Below are positions 32,440 through 47,277 of a stretch of DNA of 64,000 nt, piece by piece. The notes beneath the pieces are model-generated. The model searched no databases and was not told the DNA's origin. It saw only the letters and a program-made list of their open reading frames with translations. Position 1 is the stretch's first letter. Every line of letters begins with the position of its first letter. A program made the translations under genes and the position numbers. Location: positions 19,202 to 83,201 of the forward strand of contig CAXHJY010000495.1 in the NCBI GenBank assembly GCA_964016885.1. The letters are read 5' to 3'. This DNA is from Eledone cirrhosa. Lineage: Eukaryota.

Positions 32440-32846
32440 GAAGAGTCATGCCCCTTCAAAGAGTCACTTGCTGGGAAGAAAAAAATTAACAACCTCCCAT
32501 CAGTAATAACAATGGGGCTAAAGGCGAGCGAGGCACTACCCCCTGGAGCAGATACAAACTATACAGTGTGGAAATGCCTCAAGGGACTAAGATCTGGTGT
32601 TGGACGTGCAAAAGTCACTCTTGCAAAATGGGAATATTTAAAGGATGGGGTCGTTGTGTGTGACTGCGGCATCGAACCACAGACTACACAGCACCTCCTG
32701 ATATACCCCCTGCTGGAACACCCCTGCACAGTATTGGACTTGGCAGAGTTTAATGAGAAAGGACAGCAATGTATTCAGCTGTGGTGGAACCATATCTAGA
32801 CAAGCTTTGTAACTGACACTCTTGTGGACACAACAACAAGAAGAAC
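32440..32846 (+). mobile_element. 3' fragment of a Vingi/Ingi-like LINE (C-terminal zinc finger)
   Basis: LPPG...WKCLKGLRSGVGRAKVTLAKW...CDCGIEPQTTQHLL..P...T..DL, then a short UTR ending gacacaacaacaagaagaa. Confidence 0.75.
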
Positions 32847-32869
32847 TGAAGCAATGCTAGGGCACCACA

Positions 32870-33098
32870 TTAACCTTTTAGCATTTAAACCGGCCATATC
32901 CGGCCAGAATTCTCTAACCTCTTTCTGTTGAAACCGGTCATAACTGGCTGCTCATACCGATGTTAAGGTATTGTTCTCAAAATAAATAATATAAAAACCT
33001 GATAGATTCGATATTATGTGTGATAAGTATGTGAAATAAAGTGTTTACCATGAAAATACAATAGTAACTATCGAGTAATGTAAATGCTAAAGGGTTAA
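32870..33098. mobile_element. piggyBac-like MITE
   Basis: TTAA|ccttttagcattta ... taaatgctaaaggg|TTAA: 14-bp TIR with one mismatch and a TTAA target duplication. Confidence 0.8.
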
Positions 33099-33869
33099 AG
33101 AGTTTTTGTCAATCCAGTACAGTTTTTTTTTCCCGTTTCTTAGTTATATTAACAATCTCTTTTCGTTGAAGCGCTAAGTCATGGGATATTAATACACACA
33201 CAAACACAAACGTCAAAACTATGGATATTTCCTGCTCTGAATATACTTCGTGGCTTGCTATCTATCAATATTCGTTGAGACAAAACTGACTCCATTCTTT
33301 CTGATGTAATTTTATATAAATAGCCATAGTGAGGAGGTTATTAACAGTACACAACGTCCTAAAATTATTACGTAGTTATCTGTCGAAGAAAGCTATGAAT
33401 TATGAATTTCTTCACGTTATTAGCAATGGATTTTCTTCAATAATTTTATTTGCTATTGTATTTTTCAGGAGGAAGTTATTAGCTTTGCATATATTTAAGA
33501 TATTATTAGCTCGAAATTTCTTCAAAATGGTTTTATCTAGGAAACGTTCCGCAGAAATTATCTTGCGTAATTTTTTAACACTTATTAACTTTGTGAAAGA
33601 TATGAGCAAGGGGTGGGTTTTCTTGGGTAATATTCTTGCTAGGAATATATTAGCAGCTTTAAATTTCTCTGTGGTGTTATTATTAACTCAATGTTTCTGG
33701 TAGGTTCCTTACACATGCCGTAAATTGGTGTTGCTGTTGTTGCTATTGTAGTTGATGTTGATGCTCAGCTCAGTTATTATTGAACATATCAAAATAATTC
33801 CATTCGTGGCCATCCATCCCGAATATAGATAATATACACGAGGTTGTATTCTTAAGTTCATAATAATAT

Positions 33870-33990
33870 AATAATTGTTTCTATTTGTTGGCGCAAGGCC
33901 AGCAATTACCCCAGTACATTACTGGTACTTTATTTTATCGACCCCTTAAGGATGAAAGGCAAAGTTAACCTCGGCGGGATTTGAACTCTG
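33870..33990 (-). mobile_element. SINE, same family as 23950, truncated
   Basis: Core match. Confidence 0.8.
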
Positions 33991-34114
33991 TAGTAATAAT
34001 AATAAATGTGAAGACTAAAATCCAAAGAGGGCTCGTTAAGGGTGAAAGCAGCGATTCTTTGCTTAAACTTTAATCTGTTATTTAAATTATATATATATAT
34101 TTATTATATGTAAA

Positions 34115-34345
34115 GGGTAAACACCCCCTTCGGTCACAAATGACCATGAGAATTATACCTAGAAAGTTCTTCTCCGAGGCACAAGTCTGGGCGAGGTTGT
34201 TTATTGAAGACCAGCAGTCATCCATACATACCATTCTACCCTCTCCACGCCACCGATGTTGTCCAAGGGAAAGGCAATGGCTGATACAGCTTGCTTGGTC
34301 CCAGTGACGTCGCAACTCATTTCTACTGCTAAGTGAACTGGAGCA

Positions 34346-34348
<3 letters not shown>
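34115..34348 (-). mobile_element. SINE 3' portion (second family)
   Basis: ctcatttctactgctaagtgaactggagcaatg is shared with the 38570 and 59700 copies. Confidence 0.6.
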
Positions 34349-34426
<78 letters not shown>

Positions 34427-34539
34427 GTGTGTGTGTGTGTGTGTGTATGTGTGTAAAAGGTAAACAGAAATAACAACACGATCAGTACAGTATATGGAAG
34501 GGATATATTAGGTTAACGCTTGAAATAGCAGGAAGAGGG

Positions 34540-34575
34540 TTTTAACGTTTCGGACGCTAGTCTTTTATCAGAAGA
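34540..34575 (-). ncRNA. Degenerate hammerhead motif (CTGATAA core)
   Basis: Minus strand: CTGATAA-aagac tagc gtcc-GAAA-cgt-TA-aaac; the conserved G8 is mutated. Confidence 0.45.
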
Positions 34576-35227
34576 AAGAATAAGAAATAAGATAGATTGA
34601 AGGGAAGGGCGGGGTGGAACTGGAAATAATAATGCTTCTACTTTTGGGACATTATTATCAGCACCATCACCATCAACACCATCATCATCATCATCATTAT
34701 TATTATTGCTCTCTCTCTTTCTCTTCTTTCTCTCTCTATATGTCTCTTTGTTTCTTTTTCTCTCTCACTTCTTTATTTTTTCTCTGTCTTCTATCTCTTT
34801 CTTCTCTCTCTCCTTTCACTCTCTTTCTCTCTTCTCTCTCTCTCTCACCCTACCTCCCTCTCTCTTTATTTTCGCTCTCCCTCTCCTGTTTCTCTCTCCC
34901 TACCCCCTCTCTCTCCTGTTTCTCTCTCCCTACCCCTCTCTCTCCTCCTCTCTCTCTTCCTACTCCTCATCATTCTTTTTCACTGCCGTAAAGAAAAAGA
35001 TGTATAGAAACATAGCTAGGATACATGACGTCATTTGGGTGGTGATGGCAAAGCAGAGCAAAGCAAAGGAAAGCAATGCCAAGCTTTTTAAATTCACAGA
35101 GCACGCGAAAACAAAAGATTTATTTTTTTCTTTAATAATAATTATTATAAAAAGAACAAGGAGAGAGAGAGAGAGAGGGAGCCAGAGAGAGAGAGAGAGG
35201 TAGAGCACAAAGCAAGGGGAGAGAGCA

Positions 35228-35278
<51 letters not shown>

Positions 35279-35781
35279 GAGAGAGAGAGAATGGACCAAA
35301 CAAAGAGAGAGACAAGAACACAACAAGCCAAAATAAAACGTATTATAATCCGAACATTTTAAAATGGCGATTTCTCATTCGTGCGTTTTTCGAAAGATTT
35401 TTTTTAAAAAGCCATTTGTTTTGTAGTTTTTATATATATTGTTTTACACTAGTTTTATCCGTTTTTTTTTTTAGTTTTATATATTGTTGTAAGGAGGTTT
35501 GCTTTTAAATATTTTAATATTTAGTTATTTTCTTTTATATATATATGTATGTATATATGTTATTTATTTTGATTCACTTCTATTATTGTTATCTTCGTGT
35601 AGTATTATGTTTTATGAGTGCGTGTGTATGTGTGCCTGTGTATTTGTGTCTGTGTGTATGCCTGTGTGTGTGTGTTTGTGAGTGTATGTCTGTACCCATG
35701 TATGCGTGTGTATGTGTGTGTGTGTGTGGTTTAATGTGTACTTGTGTCTCTATCCTTGTATATCTGCTTGTGTGGGTGTAT

Positions 35782-35819
<38 letters not shown>

Positions 35820-35907
35820 GGAAACATTATTTTCAAGATTAAATGACTACATGTGTGTAGATATCTGGAAGTAAATGTACACATGTGTATAAATGTGTTT
35901 AGGTTTG

Positions 35908-35972
<65 letters not shown>

Positions 35973-36963
35973 GTATAATATATATATAGGGTGTCTGGGG
36001 AGACGACCAAATTGAAAATATGTAAATTATACAGACTCTTATATTTATATATATACCCATATATTTCTGAATAGCTATGTTTAAAATACCTATGTGTATA
36101 TTTAAAAGTATGTGCATCTGTGTATATATATATATATCTAACTGTATGTGGAAATATATACACGTATATATAATTATATATATATGTATGTGTATATATA
36201 TATAAATATATACATATGTATATATATATACATACATATATATATATACATGTTTTTCTATACCTTTCATTTATATATACATATGTATATATATATATAT
36301 GTATATATATATATGTGTGTGTGTGTGTGTATATATATGTAAATGTATATATATTCTCGTATATTTCTGAATAGCTAAGTTAAAACACCTATGTGTATAT
36401 ACACGTCATGCATATATGCGTATATAAATGTATGTATATGAATGCATATATTCAGATACACATATTCACACTAATACATACATACATGTATGCATTACTA
36501 CACACACACAGACACATACATAAAGACACACACACACTCACACACACATATACATATATATATATATAAATGCACACACACTCACACACACATATTCATA
36601 TATATATAAATACACACGCACTCACACTCACATATACTTACATATATAAAGACACACACACTGACACACACATATACATATATATATAAATACACACACA
36701 CTCAAACACACATATACATATATATATAAATACACACACACTCACACACACATATACATATATATAAATACACACTCACACACATATACATATATATATA
36801 TATACACACTCACACACACATATACACACATATAAACACACTCATATATATTTAGAATTTTCAATTGATGACGAAAATTAACTGTAAAATGCGAAAGAAA
36901 TATTATTATTTTCAATTCTTTTCACGCCATGTCTTATTCACGCACGCACACAGAATTATAAAT

Positions 36964-37019
<56 letters not shown>

Positions 37020-37144
37020 ATAATTAAAAACACACATACATAGAGACATGATTGCATACACATAACTTGGAGTACACACACACAAATATATATGCAAACG
37101 GTATTACTGACACGTACATAAAATTATATATATATATATATGTG

Positions 37145-37175
<31 letters not shown>

Positions 37176-37246
37176 ATAGATATATATTTTTATATATGTA
37201 TATGTATATATATGTGTGTGTATATGTATATAGGTATATATATATA

Positions 37247-37334
<88 letters not shown>

Positions 37335-37411
37335 TACATAAATACAAACATATGTATGTATATGTATATATATATATGTATATATATATATACATATATA
37401 TATATACATAC

Positions 37412-37442
<31 letters not shown>

Positions 37443-38064
37443 CATATATATATATACATACATACATATATATATATACACATACATACATATATATATA
37501 TATATACATACATCCATATAGGCCGATACATACGGAACACTCATCAATGGTGGTGTTGGTGGCAATGGCCTTGTGTCTGACGATGTGTATAATAAGGGGT
37601 AGTGTCGTGTGGTGTGGTTGGTGGGGCTGGTGTGGTCGAACCTTTATGTATCCCTAGATAGGGGAATATTTTAAGGGTTAAGGGTTAACAGTCAATAGAA
37701 TCTATAGGGAAACATTAGCAGTTAGGGAGAAACAAAAGGTTTTAGAAGAAATTCTGGTATGAGGGTAGATGATGTAGCTGTTGAGGTGGTGGTGGGTGTG
37801 GTGGTGGGTGTGGTGGCGGTGGTGGTTGTGGTGGTAGTTGTGGTGGGTGTGGTGGGACTGTTATTGTTATCATTGTGGTTTTCTTAGTGAAGCTGGTGGT
37901 GGTGATAGTAGTAGTGGTGGTGGTAGTGGTGGTGGTAGTGCTGATAGTGGTGGTGGTGATGATGGTAGTAGTGATAGTAGTGGTGTTGGCAGCGGTAGTA
38001 GTGGTGGTAATATTAGTGGTAGTGGTATTAGTGGTTGCCCCCTAATGGTTAGAATCCCCTTGCC

Positions 38065-38188
38065 ATTCTGAGTTCAAATCCCGCTGAGGTTAACTTTGCC
38101 TTTCATCCTTACGGGGGTCGATAAAATAAAGTACCAGTAATGCACTGGGTAATTGCTGGCCTTGTGCCTAACGTAGAAACAATTATTT
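38065..38188 (+). mobile_element. SINE, same family as 23950, truncated
   Basis: Core match. Confidence 0.8.
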
Positions 38189-38449
38189 GAAGGGATTTAT
38201 TAAAACAGCAGCCCTTCTCATTATCAAGCTGTTGTGGTGTTTGTAGCATAACTTACGAATTCTTGCATAAAATTATGATGGAAAGTTTTTAGATAACTAG
38301 ATAAATATATACATCTTAAAATAAACAGTTCGGTACCGTAAACCTAGGGGCCATTTCAGAGGTTAAAGGTTGGTATGAGGTTTTATCAAAAGGGTTATAG
38401 ACCACTAGCATCCATGAATACATACATGCATACCCTCGTGTGCTGCAAG

Positions 38450-38882
38450 CAGTGTGTTGTCCTGGTGCTTATCCTGGTTTCATGGCGTGAAGCGACTGAG
38501 AGTACACGACTCATCGCTGGACAGGACGCCAGTGAATCGCAGGGTTAAACCCCCAGATATTGCTGGTACTCATTTTCAGCTGAGTATACTGGAGCAATGT
38601 GAAATGAAGTGTTTTGCTCAAGCACGCAACCCAGCCCAAGAATCGAACCCTCGATATTATGATCGTAAGTCCAACACCCTTACCACTGGACCACACACCT
38701 CCACAGAACACATCACGCAACCCAGCCCAGGAATCGAACACACGATATTATGATCGTAAGTCCAACACCCTTGCCACTGGACCACACACCTCCACAGAAT
38801 ACATCACGCAACCCAGCCCAGGAATCGAACACACGATATTATGATCGTAAGTCCAACACCCTTACCACCAGGCCACGCACCT
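38450..38882 (-). mobile_element. SINE (second family) with its tRNA-like head tandemly triplicated (~92-bp unit)
   Basis: Three copies of cacgcaacccagcccaggaatcgaac..tatgatcgtaagtccaacaccctt. Confidence 0.8.
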
Positions 38883-39500
38883 CTAATATCCATGAATAAG
38901 GGACCTACATATAAACATCTTAAAACAAACAGTTCGGTACCGTAAACCTAGGGAGCTATTTTAGGGAGGGATGGTGGTGGTATCAAATGGCATAAAAAGG
39001 GTTAAAGACCTCTAACATCCATGAATAATGAACATAAATATAAACATTTTAAAAGAAACAGCTCGGTATTGTAAACCTACAGGCAGTTTTAGGGGTAGTT
39101 TTAGGGGCTGGGGGTTGGTATCAAATGGGGTTAAAAGGGTTAAAGTTCCCTTAGCATCCATGAATAAGGAACAGGATGAATTGCTTTATTGTAATCTATC
39201 GAGGCTACATACAAATCCCTTCTGTGTTATCACACATTTGATATCAGAGTCTTGTTGGGGAGAATATGTTAAATAATATCGTCTAGATTTCTGCCCTTCC
39301 CCACCCCCACCAAACTGCTGCTTTTCTGTTCCTGTGAATGGTATGGTTACTATATCCCCTAACTGTGAATGGTATAGCTACTACCACCTAAAACTGGTTT
39401 ATATAGTTATCAATGGTATGGTTACTACCACCTAAAACTGCTGGTTTAAGTAGCTGCAGGGCCCCGGATTTAATGGGAGGAAAATGAGGCAATTACTATA

Positions 39501-39756
39501 GTCGAGGACTATAAATACTCTGAGTCAGCAATGGTCGGTTGGACCGGAAACAGTTCGTAAGTCGAGAACTATAAATACTCTGAGTCAGCAATGGTCGGTT
39601 GGACCGGAAACAGTTCGTAAGTCGAGAACTATAAATACTCTGGGTCAGCAATGGTCGGTTGGACCGGAAACAGTTCGTAAGTCGAGAACTATAAATCTCT
39701 GAGTCAGCAATGGTCGGTTGGACCGGAAACAGTTCGTAAGTTGATGACTATCTGTA
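39501..39756 (+). repeat. 4 x 60-bp tandem repeat derived from a Tigger/pogo-like transposon end
   Basis: Unit gtcgagaactataaatactctgagtcagcaatggtcggttggaccggaaacagttcgtaa; the array ends cgtaagttgatgactatctg|ta, which resembles a pogo TIR plus TA. Confidence 0.75.
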
Positions 39757-40059
39757 ATTTTATTGCAGTTGAGCGTCTGTCTATCCGTTCCTTTCCAAAT
39801 TTAGTTTCAACACTCTCCTCTTCGTTAAATTCTTCAATATTTATTTAGTAATATTCAAATACAAAACCAATTATTTTGACTTCCAACCAGTAATTATGGT
39901 TTTTATTTATTTCACCTCCATCATTAACTCACGTCGGAAAAGATGCTTAAACCGGAAACACTGCATTTTCTTTCTTTTTTTTTAAATGGTGTTTTATATT
40001 TTTGATAATTGCTAGAAAACGAAAATTCTAATTGTTTATATTTGAAATAATGTTGACCC

Positions 40060-40600
40060 TGATGTTGTTACTGTTGTTGTTGTTGTTCTTGTTGTTGGTA
40101 GTGTCATTTCAATTGTCAATGTTGCTGTTATTGGTGTTATTTTTGTTGTTGCTGTTGTTGTTGTTACTACTGTTGTTGCTGTTGCTGTTGTTGTTGCTGT
40201 TGTCGTTGTTGATGTTGCTGTTGTTGTTGTTGTTGTTGTTACTGTTGTTGTTGTTGTTGTTCTTGTTGTTGGTAGTGTCATTTCAATTGTCAATGTTGCT
40301 GTTATTGGTGTTATTTTTGTTGTTGATGTTGTTGTTGTTACTACTGTTGTTGTTGTTGTTGCTGTTGTCGTTGTTGATGTTGCTGTTGTCGTTGTTGTTG
40401 TTGCTGTTTTTGTTGTAGTTGTTGCTGTTGTCGTTGTTACTGTTATTGCTGTTGTTATTCTCGTCGTTGTGGTAGTGCTGTTGCTATATTTGTAGTTGTT
40501 GTTGTCGTCATTGTTGTTACTGTTATAGTAGTAGTAGTAGTAGTAGTAGAAGTAGTAGTAGTGGTAGTAGTAGTTGTTGTTGTTACTGTTGTTATTGAGA
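40060..40600. repeat. (GTT)n compound microsatellite with an internal duplication
   Basis: gtagtgtcatttcaattgtcaatg occurs twice, ~170 bp apart. Confidence 0.9.
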
Positions 40601-40691
40601 TAGTTGTTAACTCAGTGACAAATTCCAGACATCCGTTTCGCTGTCAAGCGTGGACTGGCGAGGAAACTCTCGAAAACGTGAAACAATAAAT

Positions 40692-40726
<35 letters not shown>

Positions 40727-40741
40727 TTATACATATATATA

Positions 40742-40791
<50 letters not shown>

Positions 40792-40870
40792 TCTGGGTGT
40801 GTGTGTGTGTGTGTGTGCCATTAGATGACAAGGCAAGGTAAGGCAAGAGTTGTGATGGCACGAAACCAAC

Positions 40871-40903
<33 letters not shown>

Positions 40904-40904
<1 letters not shown>

Positions 40905-41103
40905 AGTTTATCCCGGGTTCAATCGGGGGTAACCACAGTAAATAAGGTACTCAATACAAAGCAGAGTGTATATAATATTTAATATAGAAAAGGTTTCTAC
41001 AGGACTAGAACTGTTTCATTCGGGACAAATCATCTGGTCTTCCTGATGGTTTCTCCCGAATAAAACAGTTCTAGTCCTGTAGAAGCCTTTTCTATATTAA
41101 ATA
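40904..41103 (-). mobile_element. Penelope-like fold-back fragment, family B, with two inverted mutated hammerheads
   Basis: Inverted repeat 40979-41035/41042-41101 plus tail; (TA)n flanks. Confidence 0.7.
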
Positions 41104-41599
41104 TATATATATACATATACACACATATATATATATAGTGTGTGTGTACGTGAGTTTTTGTGTGTGTACGTGTGAGACCCTGTATGTGAGTGAATGTGTG
41201 TGTCTGCTAACACCATAAAATATGAACATGTTCAATATCTTTCAACCTGTTAGAAATAGCAGCCAAGTTACCTTCCATATCCCACCTTGCTCTTTAAGTA
41301 AGAACAAACAACACATTAAATAACGTAGTCCAAGATACACTTAAAGATATGGAATGACGTGAGAATCTTTCATTATATATCTGTTGGAATCTGCTTTGCC
41401 TGCGGCTAAACAACACCAACAACACCAACAACATCATCATCATCAACATCATCATCATCATCATTATCATCATCATCATCATCATCATCAACAACCACAA
41501 CAGTATAACCCCCACAACCACTATCCCAATTAACGACACCCCACTGCCATCACTAACATCACAGATTCAACCAATAGCTTTACTGTCACCAACGCCACG

Positions 41600-42925
41600 A
41601 GCATAAATACTGTAACAACAACATCACCACCAACAACACCATCACCAACACCGCCATCACCAACACCACCACCACAACACCACCATCATCAACCACGACA
41701 AAACCACCACCACCACCAACAACAACACCACAACACCACCACCACCACAACACCACCATCACCAACACCACCACACCATTCACCACAACACCATCATCAT
41801 CAACCACAGCACCACCACCACACTACCACCACAACACCACCACCACCACCACAACAACACCACCACCACAACACCACCACCACCACAACACCACCACCAC
41901 AAAAACACCACCACCACAAAAACACCACCACCACACCACCACCACACCACCACCAACACTACCACACCAACACCACAACACCACCAACATCACAACACCA
42001 CCACCACACCACCACTACAATCACCAACACCAATATCACAACATCACCACCGCCACCTCTACATTATACCATCGAATCATCACAAATACCAACACACCAC
42101 CCTATCACTCTATAATCAACCACTAGACCACCACACCACACTTGATCACCACACCAGACCACACCACCACACCACACCACCACACCACACCAGACTTGAC
42201 CACCACACCACACTACACCATCACACCACACTACACCATCACACCACACTTGACCACCACACCACACTTGACCACCACACCACACCACACCATCACACCA
42301 CACCACACTAGACCATCACACCACACTACACCATCACACCACACTACACCATCACACCACACCACACTAGACCATCACACCACACTACACCGCCACACCA
42401 TACTACACTACATCACCACCATGACACAATACCAACGCCTCTACATCAATACTACCACCACCAACACCACCACCAATAACACCACCACCAATAACACCAC
42501 CACCACCACCACGAACATCACCACCACCACCACCACTACCAACACCACCAACACCACCACCACCACCACCACTACCAACACCACCACCACCACCACCACC
42601 AACACCACCACCACTACTACCAACACCAACACCACCACCACCACCACCAACACCACCACCACCACCACACCACCACCACCACCACCACCACCACCACCAC
42701 CACCACCACCACCACACCACCACCACCACCACCACCACCACCACCACCACCACCACCACCACCACCACCACCACCACCACCAACACCACCACCACCACCA
42801 CCACCACCACCACCACCACCACCACACCACCACCTCCTCCACACCACCACCACCACCACTACCAACACCACCACCACCACCACCACACCACCACCACCAC
42901 CACCACCACCACCACCACCACCATC
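41600..42925. repeat. (CAC)n-rich compound microsatellite
   Basis: Direct inspection. Confidence 0.9.
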
Positions 42926-43004
42926 CAATATTAATTTGGAGACTACCATCGAATTAGAAGCAGGTGGAATGAATCACAGACTACCATTATCCTCTTATGT
43001 CTTA

Positions 43005-43056
<52 letters not shown>

Positions 43057-43080
43057 ACACATATGTATATATACATATGT

Positions 43081-43158
<78 letters not shown>

Positions 43159-43269
43159 ACATACACACACACACATATATATATATATATACATATGTAT
43201 ACATACATACACACACACATATATATATATACATATGTATACATACATACACACATATATATATATATA

Positions 43270-43288
43270 TATATATTGTATATATACA

Positions 43289-43327
<39 letters not shown>

Positions 43328-43337
43328 ATATATACAG

Positions 43338-43368
<31 letters not shown>

Positions 43369-43701
43369 TATATATATATACTGTATATATACAATATATA
43401 TATATATATATTGTATATATACAGTATATATATATATTGTATATATACAGTATATATATATATTGTATATATACAGTATATATATATATATTGTATATAT
43501 ACAGTATATATATATATATATTGTATATATACAGTATATATATATATATATTGTATATATATATATATATATATACTGTATATATACAATATATATATAT
43601 ATATTGTATATATACAGTATATATATATATATTGTATATATGCAGTATATATATATATATTGTATATATACAGTATATATATATATATATATATATATAC
43701 A

Positions 43702-43748
<47 letters not shown>

Positions 43749-43775
43749 ATATATACAGTATATATATATATACAG

Positions 43776-43800
<25 letters not shown>
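43270..43800. repeat. TA-derived minisatellite with ttgtatatatacag units
   Basis: More than 10 units separated by variable TA runs. Confidence 0.85.
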
Positions 43801-43807
<7 letters not shown>

Positions 43808-43930
43808 CTGGGGTAACCACAGTAAGTAAGGTACTCAATACATAGCAGTGTATAAATATTTGATATAGAAAGTGCTTCTACAGGACTAGAACTGTTTCAT
43901 TCGGGAGAAATCATCAGGACTTCATCAGGA
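43801..43930 (-). mobile_element. Family B fragment with a complete hammerhead core (43875-43920)
   Basis: Minus strand: CTGATGA-tttctcccgaat-GAAA-cag ttctagtc ctg-TA-gaagc plus tail into (TA)n. Confidence 0.65.
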
Positions 43931-44110
43931 GACAAGTGGGAAGGAAAAGAGTTCCGGGAGGGTGTGAGGGGGGAGTGGTGGAAAGACATTAAAATAAAGG
44001 GAAAACATTATATATGTATGTATAATTCTATGTATGTATATATGAATTTCCCCTAAAATGGTGAAAGCAGAAATTGATTGCTTAAATTTTCGATAAATAA
44101 ACTTGCACAC

Positions 44111-44219
<109 letters not shown>

Positions 44220-44273
44220 TAGATATATATATATATACACACACATACATATTTATATATATACACACATACA

Positions 44274-44325
<52 letters not shown>

Positions 44326-44428
44326 CACGCACACACAGATACATATATATATATATATATACATTCATACATACATATATATACACACACACGCACACAT
44401 ACATACATATATATATATACACACACAC

Positions 44429-44477
<49 letters not shown>

Positions 44478-44540
44478 CATACATACATATATATACACAC
44501 ACACACACATACATACATATATATATATATACACACACAG

Positions 44541-44629
<89 letters not shown>

Positions 44630-44669
44630 TACATATATATATATACACGCACACACACATACATATATA

Positions 44670-44709
<40 letters not shown>

Positions 44710-45792
44710 CACACACACACACGCACATACATATATATACATATACACACACACACATATATACGCACATATATATATACACACATAGTTCTGTTGCTGT
44801 CTTTGTGTTTCATTCCACCCACCCCCTCTCTCTTTCACTGTTCTTCTTCAAGTCTTATCTCTCTCCTTCTCTGTCTCTCTCTCTTTCTCATTTTATTATG
44901 AACCCTCTCTTTCACTCTCCCACTGTAATCTCTCTCTCTTTCTCTCCTCCACTGTCAACAACCACCCCCTCCCTTTAATTGTCTCATTCCCTCCCACTGC
45001 TCCTCTCCAAACCTGTAAATGACCAACAAAAATATTTTCATAATTTACATTCCATGAGAACAAAAAATAACAAGGAATTTTCAAATATGACGAATTTGGT
45101 ATTTTGTGGGAGCAACAACAGCAACAACAACAACAGCAACAGCAGCAACAACAACAACAACAACAAAAACAGTAACAACAACAGTAACAACAACAACAAC
45201 AACAACAGTAACAACAACAACACAGCAACAGTAACAACAACAACAACAACAACAGTAACAACAATAACAGTAATAACAACAGTAACAGTAATAACAACAC
45301 CAACAGTAATAACAGCAACAGCAACGAAAATAACAAATAAGTGACATTATCTGCTAGAAAGAGCAGCTAATTCTCCCTTAAACCATATCATATCTTCTTA
45401 AATATAAATATATATTTAAAATAAAATACAAAACATTTACTGCACCTTGAATAATATACTCCGAGATACACTTTGCCTGAAAGGTAAAAATTGAACTGGA
45501 TGGCCATGGTTGGAAAATCTGCGATTTTAAGCTGTATAAAATAAACTGGATGGTTATAATTGGAATGTCTGTGATTATAGGCTCTACAAAATATATATTG
45601 ATACCATAGAAACAAAATGCTGAAAATATTTATTGAAATAATTCGATTTCTTTATAATCAGAGAATTGGAAAATTTATTTATTAACTGCTTGCTGATAAA
45701 TTTAGCTGGCGGTTTCAGCTCTGATCGACTATATCGAACCATCGATCATGTTAAAAGTTGTTTTAACTTGAGTTTTATATATATATATATAT

Positions 45793-45960
45793 TTAATACA
45801 TTAACAGAGAAAGCTTTAAGCAATTCTCCGACCGACTTCCGTCTCACTCAACAAACATTACGATATACCTTAGTATAATCCCAATTATACGTTTGGGGTG
45901 CTAACTATACGTATTTTGCGGATAGCCAGTTGTATTATTTTATATGAGACATAATTAAAT
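45793..45960. repeat. Dispersed repeat, family C, copy 3
   Basis: Similar to 6216 and 21083. Confidence 0.7.
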
Positions 45961-46030
45961 ATATATACAAAATTACATGAAACGAAGCAGGCTGTGTGGT
46001 TACTGTTAACAAATGTTACTCTTCATTCTT

Positions 46031-46101
<71 letters not shown>

Positions 46102-46115
<14 letters not shown>

Positions 46116-46351
46116 AAATAATGAATAAAACAATGAAACAGTTCCTTATATTAAACAAAAAAAGTTCATAATATAAGGAACTGTTTCATTGTTTTATTCA
46201 TTATTTTTTTAATATTTTATCTTGACTCTGTATTCCGTTTATCTTTCACCGAAAGTGATTTTTCATTGCATCTCTTCTTTCCATGATATCCGGATTACAT
46301 TGAGTTCTTCATACGGATTGGACACTACCGTAAACTCTTGGTAGATTTATC

Positions 46352-46355
<4 letters not shown>
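46102..46355 (+). mobile_element. Fold-back fragment, family E (~50-bp inverted repeat plus tail)
   Basis: aaaaaataatgaataaaacaatgaaacagttccttatatta and its reverse complement at 46169-46210; (TA)n flanks. Confidence 0.7.
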
Positions 46356-46420
<65 letters not shown>

Positions 46421-46854
46421 ACACATATATATATATATACAAACATACATATACATATATATAGAGATGGAATGAATGATTATATTCAAGAGTATAATGA
46501 ATGTCGTTTAAAATCTTTATCGTACCTGTGTTGCCATTGTACAGGTATAAAAACTGTTTTCATTATCACCAATAATATTAATCTAACAATATTATCATTA
46601 GTATTATTATCAGTAGTAGTATTGTTATTTATATTATATTCTAAAATCGATAATTTAATTCGAAAAAAATAAAAATTAGAAATAGAATGATCGAGAAAGA
46701 AAAATCTATTTGCTTCCATTTGTATAATGTCCGCCATTGCATGTTATAACCCTGTCACATATAAACGGCAGAAGTATTAGTGACAATGCTATTGTTGACA
46801 ATTGTTGTTGTTGTTGTTGTTATTGGTAACCTTATTGTTAACATTTACATCAGT

Positions 46855-46939
<85 letters not shown>

Positions 46940-47118
46940 GTGTGTGTGTATGTGTGTGTGTGTATATATGTGTATATATATATGTATATATATATATGTA
47001 TATAAAATAGATATTTGAAAATGTCCTTTGTTAGTGTTGTTACTCTTCTTCCTCACCACGTGACATCATACCATTGATTTTGATACAATTGTAATGATTT
47101 CTTTTGAGACGCCCCTCT

Positions 47119-47153
<35 letters not shown>

Positions 47154-47192
47154 CAAGGACGAATGGTTACTCCTTCATTACGTTTATTGGTT

Positions 47193-47277
47193 GGTGACAC
47201 GCGTTTCGATATTGACCAGCTCAAGGTTTGATCTGTATCGATCTAGCCCGACTCTGGAATCAAATGCTCGTCGGACC
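47193..47277 (-). ncRNA. Hammerhead motif with CCGACGA core variant
   Basis: Minus strand: ggt-CCGACGA-g...ccag..ctgg...c-GAAA-c gcgt g-TC-acc. Confidence 0.6.

Noticed and set aside
39501-39756. Possible tandem hammerheads (ctgag...gaaac...gta)
   Set aside because: The core reads CTGAGTC rather than CTGANGA and no stem I or III forms; a transposon end explains it better
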